A stretch of 64,000 bases of DNA from a bacterium (GTDB lineage Bacteria; RBG-13-61-14; DATKZS01), in assembly GCA_963674965.2 (NCBI GenBank), contig CAXXFL010000004.1, forward strand, positions 256,001-320,000. The letters are read 5' to 3'. A program made the translations under genes and the position numbers. Position 1 is the stretch's first letter, and each line of letters opens with the position of its first letter. Shown here piece after piece: positions 58,353-64,000 of the stretch. Below the pieces are notes generated by a model. The model was not told the DNA's origin and made no database searches. It saw nothing but the letters and a program-made list of their open reading frames with translations.

Positions 58353-59507
58353 ATGTCTGAAAACCTGCAAACCGTGCGAGTAAACTTAAGTCGTCCCGCT
58401 GACGACTCCTACGATATCTTTATCGGCGTGGACCTGATGGAGAAGGCCGCTCGCGACCTTGCCGCCTCCCCTCTCGGGGACCGGTACGTGGTTGTGTCCG
58501 ACGCCAAGGTGCTCAAGCTTTACGGCAACAAGTTGACCGAGATCATGCGCGACTTCGGGCTGAAGGTCGACCGGATCGGTTTTCCCCCCGGCGAGGAATC
58601 CAAGAGCCGCAAGATGAAGAACTTCATCGAGGAGCACATGCTGGGCATGGGTCTGGGCCGTGATTCCTGCGTGGTCGCCTGCGGCGGCGGGGTGACGGGA
58701 GACCTGGCCGGGTTCACGGCCGCCACCTACATGCGCGGCGTTCCCTGGGTCCAGTACCCGACCTCGCTCCTGGCCATGGTCGACGCCAGCATAGGCGGCA
58801 AAACCGGCATCGACGTGCCGGAGGGCAAGAACCTGATCGGCGCGTTCCATCAGCCCAAGGCCGTTTACATCGACGCTGCCTGCCTCGAGACGCTTCCCCG
58901 CCGCCAGATAACCTCGGGCATGGCCGAGGTGGTCAAGCACGCCATGATCAAGGACAAGAAGTATTTCGGCCTGCTCGAGAACCGGGCCGAGGCCATGCTC
59001 GAGGGCGACGAGGAGGCCCAGGTGCAGATCATCGCCCGAAGCTGCGAGATCAAGGCCGAGGTGGTGAGCAAGGACGAGAAGGAGGCGGGTCTGAGGAAAA
59101 TCCTGAATTACGGCCACACCCTGGGACACGCGGTCGAGGCCGTCTCCGGCTACTCCCTGCTTCACGGCGAGGCCGTCAGCCTGGGCATGTCCATGGAGGG
59201 CGCCCTGGCGGAGTCGCAGGGCATACTCGATCCCAAGGACCTGGAGCGGCAAAACGTCCTCCTGAAAAACCTCGGGCTGCCCGTGAAGGCCAACGTCGTG
59301 TTAAGGGCCCTCATCGGGAGGCAGATACGGCCCAAGGAACTGTTGGACTACACTCACGCCGATAAAAAAGCCCGGCAGGGAATAGTCGAGTACGTGCTTC
59401 CGGCCAAGATCGGGACCATTAAGAAAGCCGGCGCCAAGTCAGCCAAGTACACCATGGGCATGGACGACAAGCTGGTGCTGAATTTCCTGAGGAAGACCTT
59501 CCGGTAA
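58353..59507 (+). CDS. aroB: 3-dehydroquinate synthase
   Basis: GGGVTGDLAGF, PTSLLAMVDASIGGKTG, KNLIGAFHQP, LNYGHTLGHAVE, HGEAV. Confidence 0.97.
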   Translation: MSENLQTVRVNLSRPADDSYDIFIGVDLMEKAARDLAASPLGDRYVVVSDAKVLKLYGNKLTEIMRDFGLKVDRIGFPPGEESKSRKMKNFIEEHMLGMGLGRDSCVVACGGGVTGDLAGFTAATYMRGVPWVQYPTSLLAMVDASIGGKTGIDVPEGKNLIGAFHQPKAVYIDAACLETLPRRQITSGMAEVVKHAMIKDKKYFGLLENRAEAMLEGDEEAQVQIIARSCEIKAEVVSKDEKEAGLRKILNYGHTLGHAVEAVSGYSLLHGEAVSLGMSMEGALAESQGILDPKDLERQNVLLKNLGLPVKANVVLRALIGRQIRPKELLDYTHADKKARQGIVEYVLPAKIGTIKKAGAKSAKYTMGMDDKLVLNFLRKTFR

Positions 59508-59531
59508 TAAACGGGATTAAACCCGGCGGCC

Positions 59532-60551
59532 CTATTTCAGCGACGCCGCTTTTTCGGCAATCCGGATCATGTTGAGGGACGAGCCCAGCTTGAGGTTGTC
59601 AAGGCTCATCCAAATCTGGAACGCTCGAGGATGGGTGGGGTCCATTCTTATCCGGCCCACCAGGGCCTCGTCGCTGTCCATGGCCAGGAGGGTATCCGGG
59701 TATCCGCCATTTTCGGGGTCGTCCATGACCGAAAGGCCGGGCGCCGAGTCCAGCGCCTTCTTTATTTCCCCGGGAGTCGCGTCCTCATTGAGCTCGACGT
59801 TAAGGGACAAGGCGAGTCCGCAGAAGACCGGCGCCTGGGCCGCCGTGAGGCAGATGGGAATATCCTGGCCCATGAGCCGCGCCAGTTCCGCCGCCGGACC
59901 TGACTCGGCTTCCGCGTTTCCCTCACCGTCGAAGGGTCCCACCTGGGGGAAGAGGTTAAAGGCGGCCCTTCTTGGAAATTTCTCCACCGTCAGGTCCCTC
60001 TGGCCGTAGATATCCACGGTCTGGTTTCCGTGCTCCTCGAAGCCGCCGCCTCCAATGGAGGTCGAGCCATGGATAGTGGTCGCGATTACCCGCTCCACCC
60101 CCCACGACTTCTCCAGAGGCGATACAAGCAGGGCAAGGCCAGAGGCGGTGGCGGAAGGGATCGAGATTATGCGCTTTTCGTCCAGCGCTCCCGCTACCTC
60201 GTCCAGGTTCAAGTCGGCCACGACAAGGGAAGCCGCGGGGTCGAGCCTGAAAGTCGAGGAAGCGTCAATGACCGCCGCGCCGTACTTGGCGGCCGACTCG
60301 GCCATGTCCCTTGCGACCATGGGATGAGCGGCAAAGAAGATAATGTCCATCCCCCGATAAAATTCGGCGGAGAGGGGCTCGACCCTGATCTCGTCGTCGT
60401 TGAAGGGCAGCTTTTCGCCGGCCGTGTTATATGACGCGAAAAGCCTGAGCTCGGAGACGGGAAAATTCCTCTCCTCCATCCTGACCAGGAGTTCCTTGCC
60501 CACCAGGCCGGTCGCGCCCACCAGGGCGACGGTAAATCGCTTTTCGCTCAT
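59532..60551 (-). CDS. Aspartate-semialdehyde dehydrogenase family paralog (USG-1-like), probably non-catalytic
   Basis: VGATGLVG, IDASSTFR, AFNLFPQ, VGRIR, DNL..G; catalytic Cys and His absent. Confidence 0.85.
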   Translation of the reverse strand: MSEKRFTVALVGATGLVGKELLVRMEERNFPVSELRLFASYNTAGEKLPFNDDEIRVEPLSAEFYRGMDIIFFAAHPMVARDMAESAAKYGAAVIDASSTFRLDPAASLVVADLNLDEVAGALDEKRIISIPSATASGLALLVSPLEKSWGVERVIATTIHGSTSIGGGGFEEHGNQTVDIYGQRDLTVEKFPRRAAFNLFPQVGPFDGEGNAEAESGPAAELARLMGQDIPICLTAAQAPVFCGLALSLNVELNEDATPGEIKKALDSAPGLSVMDDPENGGYPDTLLAMDSDEALVGRIRMDPTHPRAFQIWMSLDNLKLGSSLNMIRIAEKAASLK

Positions 60552-60585
60552 CACTCTTTAACCAGGCCGCCGGGAAAGAGCGGGC

Positions 60586-61710
60586 TCACTTGATAAGTCC
60601 TTTTTCCGCCAACTCTCCCACTCCCTTGTCGACGAGGTCAACCACGCCCTCCTCCTCGACGGCCCAGTCGAGAAACACGGGCAGGCCCCGCTCGAAGCTT
60701 GTCTCGGCCTTGAAGTTCAACACGTTCCCGAGGCGCGTCACGTCGGCGTAGCAATGGCGTATGTCTCCCGACCGGAACTGACCGCGTATTTCGTGATCCA
60801 TGTCGCCGCCCAGGCCGTCCCTTACCGCCTCGGCCACCTGGATGACGGAGAGGGGCCGGCCGGTGCCCACGTTAACGGCCACCGCGTCTTTACCATCCCA
60901 CTCGAGGGCCGCCAGGTTGGCCCGAGCGATGTCGCGAACGTAGGTAAAGTCCCGCCGCTGCTCTCCATCCTCGAAGATGATCGCCGGCTTCTTGGTCAAT
61001 ACCCGGGAGGCCACGATGGCCAGAAGGCCCGTGTATGGATTGCTCAGCGCCTGTCTGGGCCCGTAAACGTTGAAGTAACGAAGGGCCACCGTCGGTATTT
61101 TATAAGCTCTTCCCACCACCAGGGCCAGGTCCTCGGTGGTCTTCTTGCCGATCGCGTATACGGACTCGGATATCCGTGTCTTGCCCTCGTCGGTGGGAAC
61201 GGCCTCGAGCTTCTCCCCACAGTCGCAGCGGAGGTCCCATTCCTTGCGAGCGAACTGCTCGTCCGACCTGACCTTGGGAGCCACCAGGCCGCACTTGGGA
61301 CACTTGTAGCGGCCCTCCCCGTAAATCGACATCGAGCTGGCCACGACCAGCTTGCGGGTCTTCTCCGCCCCCCTGTCGACCAGGGCCTGGAGCAGGGCCG
61401 CCGTCACGCAGTCGTTGCCGTGAACGTACTTCTCGATCTCGTATTGGGACTGGGCCACGCCCACCATGGCCGCCTGGTGGCAGACCATGGTCACCCCGTC
61501 AAGGGCCTTGTCCAGGGCATCCCTGTCCCTTACGTCGCCCTTGATGAACCGGGCCTCGGGATTAAGATAATCGGGCCGACCGGCGTTCTCGCCGTGCACC
61601 TGCGGCTCGAGGCAGTCCAGTATTACAACCTCGTATCCCTTCTCCAGCAGATGGTCGGCAATATGGGACCCGATGAATCCCGCCCCTCCGGTAATGAGTA
61701 CTTTTTCCAT
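60586..61710 (-). CDS. NAD-dependent nucleotide-sugar epimerase/dehydratase
   Basis: TGGAGFIGSH, YAIGK (YxxxK), LRYFNVYGP, RDFTYV. Confidence 0.93.
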   Translation of the reverse strand: MEKVLITGGAGFIGSHIADHLLEKGYEVVILDCLEPQVHGENAGRPDYLNPEARFIKGDVRDRDALDKALDGVTMVCHQAAMVGVAQSQYEIEKYVHGNDCVTAALLQALVDRGAEKTRKLVVASSMSIYGEGRYKCPKCGLVAPKVRSDEQFARKEWDLRCDCGEKLEAVPTDEGKTRISESVYAIGKKTTEDLALVVGRAYKIPTVALRYFNVYGPRQALSNPYTGLLAIVASRVLTKKPAIIFEDGEQRRDFTYVRDIARANLAALEWDGKDAVAVNVGTGRPLSVIQVAEAVRDGLGGDMDHEIRGQFRSGDIRHCYADVTRLGNVLNFKAETSFERGLPVFLDWAVEEEGVVDLVDKGVGELAEKGLIK

Positions 61711-61772
61711 TGACACTTCCTTTCGATCCTAAAGCCCTTCGGCCTTGGCGACTGACGTATCGCGCCACGAAA

Positions 61773-62936
61773 CTATCTCGACGCCTTCTCCGGCCATCTT
61801 TTCACGAGGTCGTCGATTATGGCCCCGGCGATTTTTTCACTGGTGCATTTTTCCATGAACAGGGCGTGTCCCCTTTCGGCCAGCGACCTCCTCAGTTCGG
61901 GGTCTTCCTTAAGCCTGAGGATGTTATCCGCCAGCCTCACCGCGTCTCCCATGGGGCTAAGCACGACGTGAACTCCGTCCTCGAGAAGGTCCCGCGCCGC
62001 CCTCGAGTCCCCCGTTATAAGCGGCCTTCTCATGGCCAGGGCCTCGTAGGCCTTATAGGGAATTACGCGGGACGCCTTTTCCGTCGTGCCGAATATGCCC
62101 AGACACACGTCGGAATTCGCGATCATCCGGACAAGTTCGGCGTGCGGTATCCACTCTATGAACTTCACGTTCTCGAGACCGAGCTTTTCCGCCTTGGCCT
62201 TTATCTCCGGGTAGAGCTGGCCCTTGCCAACGAAGGTGAACCTGACGTCTTGGCGGTCCCTCAAGATATCGGCCGCCTCCAACTGCACGTCAAGGCCGTG
62301 GAGGGGAATGTACGAGCTGTACGAAATACAGTCCAGGACTCCATCCTCCTCGGGCCAGTCGCGCGGATAAAAATTCTTCTCGTCCGTGCCCAGGGGGATG
62401 GCCAGGAATTTTTTTCGGTCAAGCCCGAACTCCTCACAAAAATAATCCACGTGTTCCCAGGTGTCTAGAAGAACCAGGTCCGCGAGCCGGCAGGACCAGC
62501 GGTCGATGGCCCATAGAAGCCGGGCCCGGAAGGAACCCTTTGGATACAGCCCCCTGTCCTCCACCACCGTGTCGAAAAGGGAATAAAAGGCGTCGAACAC
62601 GATGGGCTTTCGCCTGATCGAGCCAAGTATCCAGGCCGGGAACATGTCGATGTGCCCGATATAGCCCACGCAAAGAAAATCGTGGTCCGGGCCGGTCAGG
62701 TAGCGGTAGGCCAGGCGGGCGTAAGTACGGAGGAAAGCCCGGGCCTGGGCGGCCATGCCCTTTTCGAGTCCGGCCATTTTTTCCTCGTGCGTGGCCCACA
62801 CGTCCAGTTGGCAGGGCGTCACCTCAACGCCGTTTTTCTCGAGTCCTCCGGTAATGGCGTTGTTGCGGGCGTATTCCTCGCCCTTGCTGTAGGTGCCAAA
62901 ATAACAGACCCTCAATTTATCTTTCGCCCTCGACAT
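61773..62936 (-). CDS. GT4-family glycosyltransferase
   Basis: YIPLHGL, DVCLGIFG, IPYKAYEALA..PLIT. Confidence 0.88.
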   Translation of the reverse strand: MSRAKDKLRVCYFGTYSKGEEYARNNAITGGLEKNGVEVTPCQLDVWATHEEKMAGLEKGMAAQARAFLRTYARLAYRYLTGPDHDFLCVGYIGHIDMFPAWILGSIRRKPIVFDAFYSLFDTVVEDRGLYPKGSFRARLLWAIDRWSCRLADLVLLDTWEHVDYFCEEFGLDRKKFLAIPLGTDEKNFYPRDWPEEDGVLDCISYSSYIPLHGLDVQLEAADILRDRQDVRFTFVGKGQLYPEIKAKAEKLGLENVKFIEWIPHAELVRMIANSDVCLGIFGTTEKASRVIPYKAYEALAMRRPLITGDSRAARDLLEDGVHVVLSPMGDAVRLADNILRLKEDPELRRSLAERGHALFMEKCTSEKIAGAIIDDLVKRWPEKASR

Positions 62937-62956
62937 GAGAATTCCTCAACCCGGTC

Positions 62957-64000
62957 CTACGCGGTTTTCGCCCGTCCCCCCGCCACGCGGGACTTAAGCC
63001 ACCATCCAAAGAGCGCCGCTCCCTTTCGCGCCCCCTCGAAAAGTTCTCCCGCGCTTTTAACCTTCATCAGCCGCGAGGCCACGTATCCGGGCCTGAAGTA
63101 AAACGCCCGGTGGGCCATCCTTGCCGCTTGATCCAGCCTTTCCGGGGTCCAGTAGCCGTCCATAATAAACGGCCTTCCTTGCCCCATCTCCGCCGGTCCC
63201 AGGGCGGGGGCTCGCTTGACCCATCCCCTCTCGTCGGCCCACTTGTAAAGCTCGGTCCCGGGAAAGGGGGAGAGGACGCCGAACTGGGCGTAGTCCGCCT
63301 TCATCGATATGGCCAGCTTGACCGTTTCCATCTCGTCCTCGATGGTCTCCCCGGGAATGCCCAGCATGAAATATCCCAGCGTCGAGAGTCCCTCTTCCCT
63401 CGCCATGGCAAAGGCATCGCGCGCCATCTCGACGGTGACGTCCTTTTTTAAGAACTCGAGTCCGGCGGTACCGGCGGTCTCGACGCCAAAGGCGATAAGC
63501 TCGCAACCCGCCCGCTTCATCCACCGCAGGATTTCCCGGTCCACGCGGTTGACCCGTCCCTCGCATTTCCAGCTTATCTGGAGCCCGCGCTCGACGATGC
63601 CCCGGCATATAGCCAGAACGCGCTCCCGGTCGAAGGTAAAAAGGTCATCGTAAATTATAACCTTGCGAATGCCCTCTTTCAAAACGATTTCCTCGATCTC
63701 GGCCAGCACGTTCTCGGCGGACCTGGCCCGGTATCTCTTTCCGCAGACGTTTTTATCGCAGAACAGGCAGCGATAGGGGCACCCCCTCGAGGTAATTAGG
63801 CTCGTCACCGGCTCGGCGCCGAAAAGGGGATGGCGGTATCGGTCGCGGGGCAATGACCTCCTGTCAGGGAAAGGCAAAGCGTCAAGATCGGATATCTTGG
63901 GCCAGTCCCCCGGTCCCCGCTCCTCGCCGGGTACCAGGACGCCGGGTATTTCCCCGGCACGCGCCCGTCCGCCCTCAAGAAAAAGACGCGCCAGGCGGGG
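62957..64000 (-). CDS. Radical SAM protein (likely B12-binding class), 5' partial
   Basis: TSRGCPYRCLFC (CxxxCxxC), DDLF, FGVET, PFPGT. Frame is open to the window edge. Confidence 0.9.
   Translation of the reverse strand, partial: PRLARLFLEGGRARAGEIPGVLVPGEERGPGDWPKISDLDALPFPDRRSLPRDRYRHPLFGAEPVTSLITSRGCPYRCLFCDKNVCGKRYRARSAENVLAEIEEIVLKEGIRKVIIYDDLFTFDRERVLAICRGIVERGLQISWKCEGRVNRVDREILRWMKRAGCELIAFGVETAGTAGLEFLKKDVTVEMARDAFAMAREEGLSTLGYFMLGIPGETIEDEMETVKLAISMKADYAQFGVLSPFPGTELYKWADERGWVKRAPALGPAEMGQGRPFIMDGYWTPERLDQAARMAHRAFYFRPGYVASRLMKVKSAGELFEGARKGAALFGWWLKSRVAGGRAKTA

Noticed and set aside
5788-63653. Numerous overlapping Arg/Gly/Pro-rich or antisense ORFs (e.g. 30333-32678, 36637-38847, 46886-48556)
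   Set aside because: Expected shadow frames of GC-rich genes; none has recognisable motifs.

Overview
GC-rich bacterial chromosome segment. Gene content (LptE, outer-membrane barrels, sigma54 activator, CooC, DAP-type MurE) suggests a diderm, probably anaerobic, deltaproteobacterium-like organism; this taxonomy is inference. Layout: (1) 1-5790, AT-rich island with the 3' end of an IS3-family element, an orphan lipoprotein gene and a membrane-protein gene split by an IS5/ISNCY-like element. (2) 5859-25105, complete minus-strand dcw cluster (mraZ to ftsZ) with a visible promoter, 10-bp-periodic putative MraZ boxes, a terminator and a structured ~500-bp insert between ftsL and ftsI. (3) 25634-39303, operon of a FadL/OmpP1-type barrel and two paralogous ~2000-aa secreted proteins, each combining a cohesin-like domain, two dockerin-like modules and Ca-binding repeats; this is the best candidate for an undescribed system. 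(4) 39414-48424, regulators and housekeeping genes. (5) 48579-51716, second island with an IS66 remnant, three tandem paralogous secreted proteins and a REPIN/MITE-like hairpin. (6) 51746-64000, era, a Tat phosphoesterase plus barrel, PHP, cdsA, gamma-CA, a GTDC1-like glycosyltransferase, aroB, a degenerate Asd paralog and a sugar-modification cluster. No rRNA, tRNA or CRISPR array was seen. All domain calls come from motif reading by eye, not database searches.
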